Shown in pieces: positions 1 to 8,530 of a stretch of 64,000 bases of DNA (positions are counted from its first letter, which is position 1; each line of letters begins with the position of its first letter). The notes under the pieces are model-generated. The model saw nothing but the letters and a program-made list of their open reading frames with translations, ran no database searches and had not been told where the DNA came from. The stretch comes from Patescibacteria group bacterium (GTDB lineage Bacteria; Patescibacteriota; Kazan-3B-28), in assembly GCA_041649135.1 (NCBI GenBank), contig JBAZNQ010000002.1, positions 143,702 to 207,701 of the forward strand, read 5' to 3'. The position numbers and the translations under genes are program-made.

Positions 1-950
1 GGCTCTGTTACCTTCACGATTTGCGATAAAGTCGCTGTTTGACCATCAGGATTTGTTACTACCAAATCCCATCTCCCCGTCTCCGCACCATCCAAGCTAA
101 ATTGACCGTTGTCAATTAAAGTCGGATCAGCCACGCGAACATTGTCAGCGGAAATTTTAATATCGCCCAATCGGATTTGCACTATCGGTATTGGGTTAAG
201 GCTAAAATTATCTCCACAAATACTTTCTATTTCCAGAATTCCGCCCACTTCTCCCTCCGCCGGTGTGATGCTGGTGAGTATTGGCGGTTCAACAATAATC
301 GAATTACTCGCCATCGGAGTGCCAAGATCTGCCACGCCGCTGTCAAAATTAATTGATGCTAGAGCGCTATGCCAACTGGTTTCTTGTTGCCCATCCGCAA
401 TCACGGCATTGCGCTCCATTGAAGCCTTGATATCGGAATCGCCAGCAAATGGAGCTTTGCCAAGCGCTCCGGCCACGTCAACCAAATTTTCATCCAAACG
501 GTAGTCTCCGCTGTATAAACCAATTCGTAGCTTAGTATTGGACAGCGAGAATAGTCCGTTATCTTCCGGCACGTCCCTTTTCACTACAACATTCGGTTCG
601 GTGTTGAGCATAGAGGTATCAATATCAAAACGGGATATCAGAAAATAACCTTTAGCCTCGATTATGCTGTTGGCGGGCAGCGTCAACATTCTTGTTTCGT
701 TCTCGTCGCTAGTGCCGGTATTTTTGGTAAGTTGCCAATTAGTTAAATCAACTGACTGGTTGGCCAGGTTACGTAACTCAATCCATTCATCATCCGAGAC
801 TTTTGTCTCATCAGGTTTCGTACTTCCCGCCCATGCCACTTCATTAATAATTACACTCGGCGCTGGATCGTCTTCTGCCCATACCCAAATCGCTGGCATG
901 GTCGCAATGCCCAAAATTATCACCGCTATTAATTTGGTTTTCCCCCACAT
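1..950 (-). CDS. Secreted lamin-tail-domain (LTD) protein, N-terminal portion; the gene runs off the window start so its C-terminus is not in the window
   Basis: My own minus-strand translation from the ATG at 948-950: MWGKTKLIAVIILGIATMPAIWVWA (signal peptide), then VIINEVAWAGS...DDEWIELRNLANQSVDLTNWQL (classic LTD motif), then Ig/IPT-like sequence. There is no stop before position 1. The + strand ORFs 109..504 and 664..1041 in the track are antisense artefacts of this gene. Confidence 0.6.
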   Translation of the reverse strand, partial: MWGKTKLIAVIILGIATMPAIWVWAEDDPAPSVIINEVAWAGSTKPDETKVSDDEWIELRNLANQSVDLTNWQLTKNTGTSDENETRMLTLPANSIIEAKGYFLISRFDIDTSMLNTEPNVVVKRDVPEDNGLFSLSNTKLRIGLYSGDYRLDENLVDVAGALGKAPFAGDSDIKASMERNAVIADGQQETSWHSALASINFDSGVADLGTPMASNSIIVEPPILTSITPAEGEVGGILEIESICGDNFSLNPIPIVQIRLGDIKISADNVRVADPTLIDNGQFSLDGAETGRWDLVVTNPDGQTATLSQIVKVTE

Positions 951-1286
951 GGTTTGTTGTAAATCCAGCCTTGTTCTAGTGTATCCAAGTCATTTGACCT
1001 TTGCCAAGTTTTGGGGTATAGTCGGGTTAGGACAAGCCTGATTTTTATGCTCCTGTCCTGTATATCACTTTAAAACAACACTTAGGATAATGAGCCTCTT
1101 ACTTCCCTTATTGGGACTCCAAATTGTCACTTTCGCACCAACCCTCAAGCCTTTTTTGGAAGTTGCTGGTTGGACATTTTTCTTTTAACTTTTTGCGAGA
1201 GCCAACCGGGAGCAGTCTGCCTGTGGCGGATTAATGTGCTCACTTTTGGGTAGAGACTCACGACCTAGTGTAACCGGAGGTTCACT

Positions 1287-2831
1287 ATGCCGTCACTGTT
1301 CATCTGGATTATCGCCGGACTTGTCGGGGCGCTGGTTGGTTATTACATTCGCATTCTGATCACCAGCCAAAAGGTCGCTAAGGCCGAACAAGATGCCGAC
1401 AAAATTTTAGGTAAAGCCAAAGACAAGTTGTCCAACGCCGAAACCGAGGCGAAAGAAATTGTCTTGCAGGCCAAAGAAGAAGCTTCCAAGCTTCGTGAAA
1501 AATCGGAAAAAGAAGAAAAGGAGCGTCGCTCCGAAATGTTGGATTTGGAGCGTCGGGTTATCGCTAAAGACGAACAACTCGATCGCAAAACAGAAGACCT
1601 TGAGCATCAGAAGGAAGCCATTCTCAACAAAGACAAAGAGGTTCAGGAAGTCAAAGAAGAGATTTTAAAAATTCGTGATAACCAACTGGCGAAGTTGGAA
1701 AGCGTTGCCAAATTGACTAAGGACGAAGCTCGGGATCAACTTCTGGCTCGGGTGGAAAAAGAATACAAAGATGACGTTTTGCGCGTCATCCGGACTGTCG
1801 AACAGGAAGCCAACGATCAAGCCGAAGACAAAGCTCGCGATATTATCGCCGCCGCGATTCAACGCTACGCCGCCGATACTGCGACTGAAAGCACGGTCTT
1901 CGCCGTTCAAATTCCTAGTGATGAACTTAAGGGTCGGATCATCGGTAAAGAAGGTCGCAATATTCATGCCTTTGAAAAGGCTACTGGCGTTGATCTGATC
2001 ATTGACGATACACCAGACACAGTTATCATTTCTGGCTTCGACCCGATCCGCCGCCACATCGCCAAGCGGGCGCTTGAGCGGCTGGTAAAGGACGGTCGGA
2101 TCCAACCATCTCGCATTGAAGAGATGGTCGAAAAAGCCGACAAAGAAATTAACGCCGAAATGAAAAAAGCGGGTGAAGATGCGGTGCTCGAACTTGGGCT
2201 GACTGGTCTCCACCCTGACCTAATCAAAATTATTGGTCGCCTGCAGTTTCGTACTAGCTACGGTCAAAACATTTTACGCCACTCCATCGAAGCTGCTCAT
2301 TTAGCTGCCATGATGGCCGCCCAACTTGGGATGGACGTTCAGCTGACCAAGCTTGCTACTTTGATGCACGACATCGGTAAAGCGCTCGACCACGAATATG
2401 AAGGTAGCCACATCGAACTTTCCCGCGACATTGCGGTAAAGTACGGCATGCCAAAAGAAGTTATTCAAGCGCTCGAAGTTTCCCACGAAGGTTTTGGTGG
2501 TCCCAAAACAGCCATCGACTTTTTGGTCATGGCGGCTGATGCTATTTCTGCCAGTCGTCCGGGTGCCCGCCGCGAATCAGCCGAAAACTTTGTCAAACGG
2601 TTAGAAGATTTGGAACGCATTGCCACCAGTTACGAAGGTGTGGGCAAAGCCTACGCTATTCAAGCCGGTCGCGAAGTGCGCATTATGGTTCAGCCGGATA
2701 AGCTCGACGATCTTGCTTCCGCTAAGCTGGCACATAATGTGGCACGTCAAATTGAAAAGGAAATGACCTACCCCGGCCAAGTCAAAGTCATGGTCATTCG
2801 GGAAACTCGGTCCGAAGACATCGCTAAATAA
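1287..2831 (+). CDS. rny: Ribonuclease Y
   Basis: N-terminal TM helix, a long K/E-rich coiled coil, a KH domain (IIGKEGRNIHAFEKATGVDLIIDD) and an HD domain (LRHSIEAAHLAAMMA...MHDIGKA). Length is 514 aa, typical for Rny. Confidence 0.9.
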   Translation: MPSLFIWIIAGLVGALVGYYIRILITSQKVAKAEQDADKILGKAKDKLSNAETEAKEIVLQAKEEASKLREKSEKEEKERRSEMLDLERRVIAKDEQLDRKTEDLEHQKEAILNKDKEVQEVKEEILKIRDNQLAKLESVAKLTKDEARDQLLARVEKEYKDDVLRVIRTVEQEANDQAEDKARDIIAAAIQRYAADTATESTVFAVQIPSDELKGRIIGKEGRNIHAFEKATGVDLIIDDTPDTVIISGFDPIRRHIAKRALERLVKDGRIQPSRIEEMVEKADKEINAEMKKAGEDAVLELGLTGLHPDLIKIIGRLQFRTSYGQNILRHSIEAAHLAAMMAAQLGMDVQLTKLATLMHDIGKALDHEYEGSHIELSRDIAVKYGMPKEVIQALEVSHEGFGGPKTAIDFLVMAADAISASRPGARRESAENFVKRLEDLERIATSYEGVGKAYAIQAGREVRIMVQPDKLDDLASAKLAHNVARQIEKEMTYPGQVKVMVIRETRSEDIAK

Positions 2832-2860
2832 TTGACCACAACTTCCAACTTTGTTATGAG

Positions 2861-2888
2861 TTAAGTGCCATCTTACGATGGCACTTAA
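2861..2888 (+). terminator. Perfect hairpin (TTAAGTGCCATC-TTAC-GATGGCACTTAA) downstream of rny; weak T-tract
   Basis: 12-bp perfect inverted repeat seen directly in the sequence. The following run is tcttgtac, so a rho-independent terminator is only moderately supported. Confidence 0.35.
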
Positions 2889-2911
2889 TCTTGTACCCAA
2901 AGGGGAAGACC

Positions 2912-3097
2912 ATGCCACAACCAAGGGTGTCGAGATGTGGTATGAGCAGGGAACAACTTAGGAAAAGGCTTAAGCTACTCCCTGACGAATACTATGAGCG
3001 AGTTCAGAACACAGCAGCAGTTGACCACGGTTCAGAGTCCGAGGAGCCGAACCCATCGTCCAATCCGACCCCCCGGACCGATAAAGGAGATGGCTGA
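2912..3097 (+). CDS. Small hypothetical protein (61 aa)
   Basis: ATG at 2912 preceded by aaagggga, in frame with track ORF 2891..3097. Product MPQPRVSRCGMSREQLRKRLKLLPDEYYERVQN...; this stretch is locally GC-richer than its flanks. Confidence 0.3.
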   Translation: MPQPRVSRCGMSREQLRKRLKLLPDEYYERVQNTAAVDHGSESEEPNPSSNPTPRTDKGDG

Positions 3098-3204
3098 TGC
3101 ACCCACTAATAAGCCCCGGTGTCGCGGTGGCGATTCTCGTTCCCTTTAGTATCGTATTCTTCGGAGCCATCTTCTGGCTCTGTATGCGTCCGCAGTCGCG
3201 ATAA
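3097..3204 (+). CDS. Small hydrophobic peptide (35 aa), translationally coupled to the upstream small ORF by a TGATG overlap
   Basis: AAGGAG sits 8 nt upstream of the ATG at 3097. Product MHPLISPGVAVAILVPFSIVFFGAIFWLCMRPQSR, stop TAA at 3202-3204. It is followed by the perfect palindrome ATGAGAGGGAAATTTCCCTCTCAT at about 3262-3285. Not in the ORF track because it is under 60 aa. Confidence 0.3.
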   Translation: MHPLISPGVAVAILVPFSIVFFGAIFWLCMRPQSR

Positions 3205-3346
3205 CCTAACCCAGCGTAGCTATGACGAAAAGAGATCGTAGCTTCCTGCCGTCGCACCATCAATGAGAGGGAAATTTCCCTCTCATTACTTTTTACTGCT
3301 AACATAGAAACTGGCTAAGGTTTATATCAACCTCGATTTTTTACCC

Positions 3347-4618
3347 ATGATCGACATCAAAAAAACTACTCTATCTAATAAGCTTCGCGTCTTGGTCATG
3401 CCGATGCGCTCGACTGAAGCTGTTACCGTGATGATCCTGGTTCGCGCCGGCTCCCGCTATGAGACCAAATCCATTAACGGTATCGCCCATTTCCTTGAAC
3501 ACATGTTTTTCAAGGGTGGTGAACGCTACCCCACTCCCCGCTCGGTGGCCGAGGCCATCGATGCCATCGGGGGAATTTTTAATGCTTTTACTAGCGACGA
3601 ATATGTCGGCTATTTTGTAAAAGTCGAAAAAGATAAAATCGAGATCGCCTTTGATGTTCTCTCCGATATGCTACTCAATGCCAAATTTGACGCCGAGGGG
3701 TTAGAACGTGAACGGGGTGTGATCACAGAGGAATACAACATGTACATCGATACCCCCCAGTTCAAAATCTGGGATATTTTTGAGAGACTGTTTTTTGGTG
3801 ACCACCCACTAGGTTGGTCGACTATTGGCTTGCCGGAAGTTATCCAAAAAGTAAAACGGCAGGATTTTATCAACTACCGGGGCCGGCTGTATACTCCTAC
3901 CAATATCGTTGTCTCGGTCGCTGGTAACACCACCACTGCCAAAGTGGCAAGTTTGGTCAAGAAATACCTGCCCTACCCCAAAACCGGCAAAAAAAACCAA
4001 CCACTCCCCTATCACGCCGCTGATCCTAAGAAAAAATTTCAAGTTGTTTACAAAAAAACCGAACAAGCTCACTTGGTCATCGGTGTCCCAACTTTTGGTG
4101 CTAATCATCCCGACAAATACGTCGGCAAAGTTCTGGCTTCAGTTTTGGGCGGCGGCATGAGTTCACGACTTTTCACTTCCGTGCGTGAGCGTCATGGCTT
4201 AGCTTATTATGTTAGCGCCAACTCTGCCAATTATATTGACGCTGGCTACCTTGTCGCTAGTGCTGGAGTAGACGTTAAACGCATTGATTTGGCCGTTAAG
4301 ACCATTCTGGACGAGTTTAGGGAGATTACCCTTGCTCCCATTCCTGCGAAAGAACTAGCGAAGGCTAAAGAGTACCTGACTGGTGGTCTGGTTTTAGCAA
4401 TGGAGGACTCTGATGAAGTTGCCTGTTCCTTCGGAATTCAGGAGCTACTTCATGATAAAACCGAAACCATCGATTCTGTTCGTAAAAAGATCCGCCGAGT
4501 TACCGCCGCTCAAGTTCAGAAGCTGGCTAAACAGATTTTCAAGGACGACCGGCTCTGTTTGACGGTGATCGGCCCCTATCGCACTACTGATAAAATTAAA
4601 AAAGCATTTAAGCTATAA
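3347..4618 (+). CDS. M16 family zinc metallopeptidase (insulinase/pitrilysin-like)
   Basis: Inverted zinc-binding motif HFLEHMFFKGG (HxxEH) near the N-terminus; the two-domain size of 423 aa is typical. Confidence 0.85.
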   Translation: MIDIKKTTLSNKLRVLVMPMRSTEAVTVMILVRAGSRYETKSINGIAHFLEHMFFKGGERYPTPRSVAEAIDAIGGIFNAFTSDEYVGYFVKVEKDKIEIAFDVLSDMLLNAKFDAEGLERERGVITEEYNMYIDTPQFKIWDIFERLFFGDHPLGWSTIGLPEVIQKVKRQDFINYRGRLYTPTNIVVSVAGNTTTAKVASLVKKYLPYPKTGKKNQPLPYHAADPKKKFQVVYKKTEQAHLVIGVPTFGANHPDKYVGKVLASVLGGGMSSRLFTSVRERHGLAYYVSANSANYIDAGYLVASAGVDVKRIDLAVKTILDEFREITLAPIPAKELAKAKEYLTGGLVLAMEDSDEVACSFGIQELLHDKTETIDSVRKKIRRVTAAQVQKLAKQIFKDDRLCLTVIGPYRTTDKIKKAFKL

Positions 4619-4624
4619 ACCCCT

Positions 4625-4780
4625 GTCATTCCCGCCCCCGAGCGGGAATCCAGAAAAGAATAAAAACATTTTTCTGTTTCTATCTGGATTCTCTGGTTCC
4701 GTCCTTCCCTCGTTGAGCTTCCTCCGTCGCTAAGGCTATGGAGGACTCTGACGGAGGACTAACGCAAGCCAGAGAATGAC
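4625..4780. repeat. MITE/REP-like palindromic element copy (GTCATTCCCGC..GCGGGAATCCAGA hairpin, internal ATCCAGAAAAGAA..TTCTATCTGGAT palindrome, right TIR AGAGAATGAC)
   Basis: Terminal inverted repeats GTCATTC / GAATGAC and internal hairpins seen directly; member of a family with at least 17 copies in this window. Confidence 0.6.
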
Positions 4781-4802
4781 AATAAAATATCAAGAAGGAT
4801 TT

Positions 4803-5267
4803 ATGGAAAAGACGTTAGTTGCACTAAAACCCGATGCTGTTCGCAAGGGTTTGCAGGATGAAATTAAAAATCGGTTGACTGCCACTGGGCTGAAAATCGT
4901 AGCTGAAAAAGAGATGCAGGTTGATGCCACTTTTGCAAGTGAACACTATTCCGATCTAGGTATTCGCAAAGGTGAAGATGTAAAACGCCGAATGGTCACC
5001 TTCTTGTCGTCTGGTCCAGTTATCACCATGATTATTGAAGGTGAAAATGCTATTGAGGAAGTCAGACGGATTGTTGGCAAAACCTTACCTGCCGATGCTG
5101 ATGTCGGCACAATCCGTGGCGATCTTGGTGACAGGGAAGAAAGTTACGCGAAAGCTGATGAAGCAGACAGAGCCGTTGAAAATCTAATTCACGCTTCCGA
5201 TGCTCCAGAAACGGCCGCCGCCGAAATCAAACTCTGGTTTCCAGAGCTGGATAGTCGCGAGTGGTGA
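4803..5267 (+). CDS. ndk: Nucleoside diphosphate kinase
   Basis: TLVALKPDAVRKGL, SSGPVITMIIEGENAIEEVRRIVGKT, GTIRGDLG and NLIHASD (catalytic His) match the Ndk family. AGGA sits 8 nt upstream of the ATG at 4803. The track start at 4776 lies inside the MITE right TIR (gaATGac) and is probably not the real start. Confidence 0.85.
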   Translation: MEKTLVALKPDAVRKGLQDEIKNRLTATGLKIVAEKEMQVDATFASEHYSDLGIRKGEDVKRRMVTFLSSGPVITMIIEGENAIEEVRRIVGKTLPADADVGTIRGDLGDREESYAKADEADRAVENLIHASDAPETAAAEIKLWFPELDSREW

Positions 5268-5470
5268 GTCACGAGTTGTAAGTAGCGAGTGGCAGCGAGT
5301 AGGACTCCTTTTACTTGCGAAGCCCCACATAACTCACAAGAGCGTAGAATGGTCATCCTGAACGGAGCGTTAGCGAAGTTGAAGGATCTAGGCGATAGCC
5401 GTTTTGCTAACCTTGTTCACCTACCGATGGACGGGTCAGTTCGTCCAGATGCATCCAAAATCTTCTCTCT

Positions 5471-5561
5471 CGTCATTCCCGACCTGATCGGGAATCCAGA
5501 AAAGAATAAAAACAGTTTTTTCTTTTTCTGTACAGATTCTCCAATCAAGTTGGAGAATGAC
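5471..5561. repeat. MITE/REP-like palindromic element copy
   Basis: cGTCATTCCCGACCTGATCGGGAATCCAGAAAAGAATAAAAAC...TTGGAGAATGACag; the TIRs and hairpin are visible directly. Confidence 0.6.
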
Positions 5562-5702
5562 AGACAAAAGTAACCCAAAATGACCAGTCACCACGTTGCG
5601 GCGGAGCGCAACAACGTTGTAACGCCGGTCTAATTTTCCACTTCCACAAAGAAAAATGCCACCGCAACGATTTTGCGGTGGCTTGTATTGACGAACCATA
5701 GA

Positions 5703-6131
5703 TCAGCCAGATAGTTGGGAACATTCATCTCTCTGAAATTGAATACACCGGTTGATCATCTCGTCCGTAGCTGCTCTCATTTCAGGATCATTCTCCCATA
5801 AACCTCCACCCGAGTTCAGATAGCGGTATAACAGAGTCAATTCCTCTGCGGTTACCATGTCAACTACGCAGGTGCTAACCCTCTTCAGAATAAGAGTTCG
5901 ATTCTCCTGCCAGTGTCTTCGGCAAACTCCCCTCAAAAACCACTGACAAAGTAGTGATTCTGCCAGAAAGTCTACCGCCACTAACAAAAACGAATAATCC
6001 TCTGATGGCCGTCGTGCAATGTATTTGTACACGAGAGGCATGTTGCAAACTACCTCACGGAGCAGCCACCCGCCAATGAGGCACAACACTACTAACGCTA
6101 GGAGTGTATCAAGGTTCATTGAATTTGCCAC
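5703..6131 (-). CDS. Hypothetical Cys-rich protein with an N-terminal hydrophobic segment (142 aa)
   Basis: Only the ORF plus an N-terminal TM-like stretch (LALVVLCLIGGWLL). It sits in a repeat-rich region and has no recognisable family. Confidence 0.25.
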   Translation of the reverse strand: MANSMNLDTLLALVVLCLIGGWLLREVVCNMPLVYKYIARRPSEDYSFLLVAVDFLAESLLCQWFLRGVCRRHWQENRTLILKRVSTCVVDMVTAEELTLLYRYLNSGGGLWENDPEMRAATDEMINRCIQFQRDECSQLSG

Positions 6132-6290
6132 CTCCCTTTTGATGGCTTCAATCTAACTGCTATATCTCCCCCAGTCAACCCCTGTGCCCCCGTTCCTTCC
6201 CCATTGCCGAATCCTCGTAGACCATTCATAGCCCATAGGGCGAAGTAGGGCCGAATTGCTGAATTGTCCACCGTTCCCCTCTTTTCTCTC

Positions 6291-6660
6291 GTCATTCTGG
6301 TAAGCGAAACGCATCCAGAATCGTATAATTGACGCAATTTACTCCATTGTGTCATTCTGGTATTCCCGTCATTCCCGTGCCCGCCTGCAACGATGCCCGC
6401 CAGAAACGCTGTATCTACTGCGGACTGGTAGCACTTCGGGCAGGAAAACGGGAATCCAAACCCCGTCCGTCATTCCCGCGTAGGCGGGAATCCAGACAGA
6501 AACAAGAACATTTTTCTTTTTATTTCTGGGTCCCCGATGTCGGATGGCTTTGCCTCCGGCTCGAGGATGACAACACGGGGAATATGGCATCATTTAATAA
6601 GATTCTGGGCACCTGCCCGAAATGCTACGCATAGCGTTGCAGGCGGGAGCCAGAATGACG
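6291..6660. repeat. Composite cluster of MITE/REP-like elements; 6366..6571 is about 97% identical to 26121..26327
   Basis: Multiple GTCATTCYGG / CCAGAATGAC units; the long internal unit is duplicated elsewhere in the window. Track ORFs 6329..6634 and 6369..6593 are artefacts of the repeat. Confidence 0.6.
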
Positions 6661-6894
6661 ATAGACAGGGTCATGTCTCCTGCTCCACCACTACTCAATT
6701 GCCTGTCCACCTTGGATTGGCTCAATTGTTGAATCGCCGAATTCCCCCTCCCAACCACTATTGGCTTGTGGCTGGCCTCCGGTGGCTAGTGACTGTGGAT
6801 AACTCCCTATCCCCTATCTTATTTTTTACAAATATACGTTTTTGTGGTGTAATTTAATTACGAGCAACCTTTTACGAGAGTAATTCTCGTAAAT

Positions 6895-7245
6895 AGTCCG
6901 TCCTGTGCTCCTTGATAACAAACGATCTCTTAGTACCTTGCTAAGGGAGAGTCAAATGGCCACAGGACCAAAGCTGACTCTTCCAAGTGCTGGAAGGGTT
7001 TTATGTACTTTAACCGGTCGCGCACCGGCACATCAATAGGTTTCCCATCCCAGCACCGCCTTATGGACAGGCGAGTTCCTCGCCTGTCCCCTTTCTTGAA
7101 TATCACTTTCCACAACATTCCTCCGGTATCCTGCCGGAGGACTTTTAAATTCCCAACAAAGAACCTCACACACAACATCAGCAGCAGAACACTGGAAGAA
7201 GGTCATTTGTTGTCCCTCAATGTCATTACATTGAGGTTTTTTTAT
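6895..7245 (+). ncRNA. Candidate structured non-coding RNA (several strong hairpins) ending in a rho-independent terminator
   Basis: Hairpins GTCCTGTG..CACAGGAC, GGACAGGCGAG-ttcc-CTCGCCTGTCC and CCTCCGG-tatcctg-CCGGAGG, then the terminal CCTCAATGTCATTACATTGAGG followed by TTTTTTTATTT. No convincing ORF, and no match to RNase P, SRP or 6S motifs that I could see. Confidence 0.2.
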
Positions 7246-7261
7246 TTACAACATAAAAAAT

Positions 7262-7850
7262 AAAATTTTCAAGATGTTACAACGTTGTTGCGCTCACCGC
7301 AACAACGTTGTTGCGGTCAAATAATACAGTCCTAGAGCCAATCTCATTTTTTAATATACCAAAAAACCATTATTACACCATTTTTACCACCGCCATGTCA
7401 AAACGCTCCGCCGCAACATGACGGTTGCGGACGACCGCAACACCGTTGCGGTCGTCACTACCTACCGCAACAACGTTGTTGCGGAACATACTATAAAAAA
7501 GTAGGCTACCATATTATATATTTATATATAGGCATTTTGTGATGATCAAAACACGAACATAAAAAACAAGGGGGTTGCAACGTTGTTGCGGTACCTGTTA
7601 CAATGTTGTTGTAACACACCTACAACGTTGTTGCGCTCCGCCGCAACGTTGCGGCGGGGGACTACAATATGCTTACAGTTGCTACAATTATTGCTATTAT
7701 CGTTTTCTTTTACGGCAGTCGCTAGACGCCGACCGCAACAACGTTGCGCTCGACCTTTTCGCTACAGTAGCGAAAAAAGGCGGGGGACCTACAACGTCGT
7801 TGCGGAGCGCAACAACGTTGTTGCGCTCGCCAAAATGTACTAAAATCAAA
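7262..7850. repeat. Dense array (at least 12 units) of CGCAAC(N)GTTGCG palindromes, consensus GCAACAACGTTGTTGC, upstream of a MerR-like regulator; a possible multi-operator region
   Basis: Examples: acaacgttgttgcgctcaccgcaacaacgttgttgcgg, ccgcaacatgacggttgcgg, accgcaacaccgttgcggt, cgcaacaacgttgttgcgctcgcc. Two more units lie at 5590-5690. Spacing is irregular with no unique spacers, so it is not CRISPR-like. Confidence 0.6.
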
Positions 7851-7853
7851 TTA

Positions 7854-8405
7854 ATGGAAACCGAAACCATCCAAGCAGAATCAACTACTACCTCGGCGCC
7901 TCAAGCCGAAGTTACTAGCCCGACCAAAGGCTCTGCTTATTCGTTAACTGAAGTCGCCAAATTTCTCAATGTCAATGAAAGTACTCTTCGCAACTGGGAG
8001 AAACGCTTTGGCGAATACCTCTCCAATTACCGTAATCAGTACAACCACCGGCTATTTACCGATAGTGATATTGCCATGCTGGAACGGGTTAAATACCTGT
8101 TGGAATCGAATCTCTTTACCGTTGCTGGCGTCAAACACATGCTCTCCAATAAAGGAGAGATTTCAGGAGCAGGGGAGAGTGTTCAAACTCAAGCCATCAT
8201 GACCCAACAGGAGAAAGAAGCAGAGGAAGAATACCGTCAGAAACTATTGTTCGCTCTCAACTCTCTTGGCTCTGAAATCCATTCTCTTCGCCGCGAAGTC
8301 AGGGAAGACCTCCGCGGGAGCCTAAAGGCTGAATTAGATCACCTAAAACTCTTACTTTTCCCACCCGAACAACCCAAGAAGAACCCTTGGTATAAGTGGT
8401 GGTAG
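7854..8405 (+). CDS. MerR-family HTH transcriptional regulator with a C-terminal coiled coil
   Basis: YSLTEVAKFLNVNESTLRNWEKRFG...LFTDSDIAMLERVKYLL matches the MerR-type HTH plus dimerisation helix. The track ORF extends upstream through the palindrome array to 7575; the ATG at 7854 (METETIQ) is the more plausible start. Confidence 0.6.
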   Translation: METETIQAESTTTSAPQAEVTSPTKGSAYSLTEVAKFLNVNESTLRNWEKRFGEYLSNYRNQYNHRLFTDSDIAMLERVKYLLESNLFTVAGVKHMLSNKGEISGAGESVQTQAIMTQQEKEAEEEYRQKLLFALNSLGSEIHSLRREVREDLRGSLKAELDHLKLLLFPPEQPKKNPWYKWW

Positions 8406-8530
8406 GATTTTCGGTATCAGATCACAAACCGGAATGGGGGATAACTCCGTTTTTGAAATTTGATACCGGTAATACTACAAAACCGGCTAGGATTATTGTT
8501 CTTTTATATCTGATATCGGGAGAGGGCAAG

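Noticed and set aside
109-1041. Track ORFs 109..504 (+) and 664..1041 (+)
   Set aside because: Low-complexity translations lying antisense to a much more convincing minus-strand LTD-protein gene (1..950) that has a signal peptide and the family motif.
5289-6857. Track ORFs 5289..5573, 6329..6634, 6369..6593, 6537..6857, and likewise 26122..26355, 11280..11855, 12351..12554, 29043..29231 and 29133..29360
   Set aside because: They lie entirely within MITE/REP-like repeat copies. Identical 'proteins' recur wherever the repeat recurs, and they have no RBS or family signal, so I treat them as repeat-derived artefacts.
6895-7245. RNase P RNA, SRP (4.5S) RNA or 6S RNA at this structured locus
   Set aside because: None of the universally conserved motifs I checked by eye (RNase P P4 GGAAAGUCCGG / ACAGAACCCGGCUUA; SRP helix-8 GGAAGCAGCC) is present, so it is left as an unclassified ncRNA candidate.
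7262-7850. Possible CRISPR array suggested by the many repeated palindromes
   Set aside because: Units are short (about 16-20 bp), irregularly spaced and often directly abutting. There are no unique spacers of uniform length and no cas genes in the window.
7575-7853. Track start codon at 7575 for the MerR-like gene
   Set aside because: The extension runs through the palindrome array and promoter-like AT-rich DNA. The ATG at 7854 (METETIQ...) directly precedes the HTH domain and is the more sensible start.
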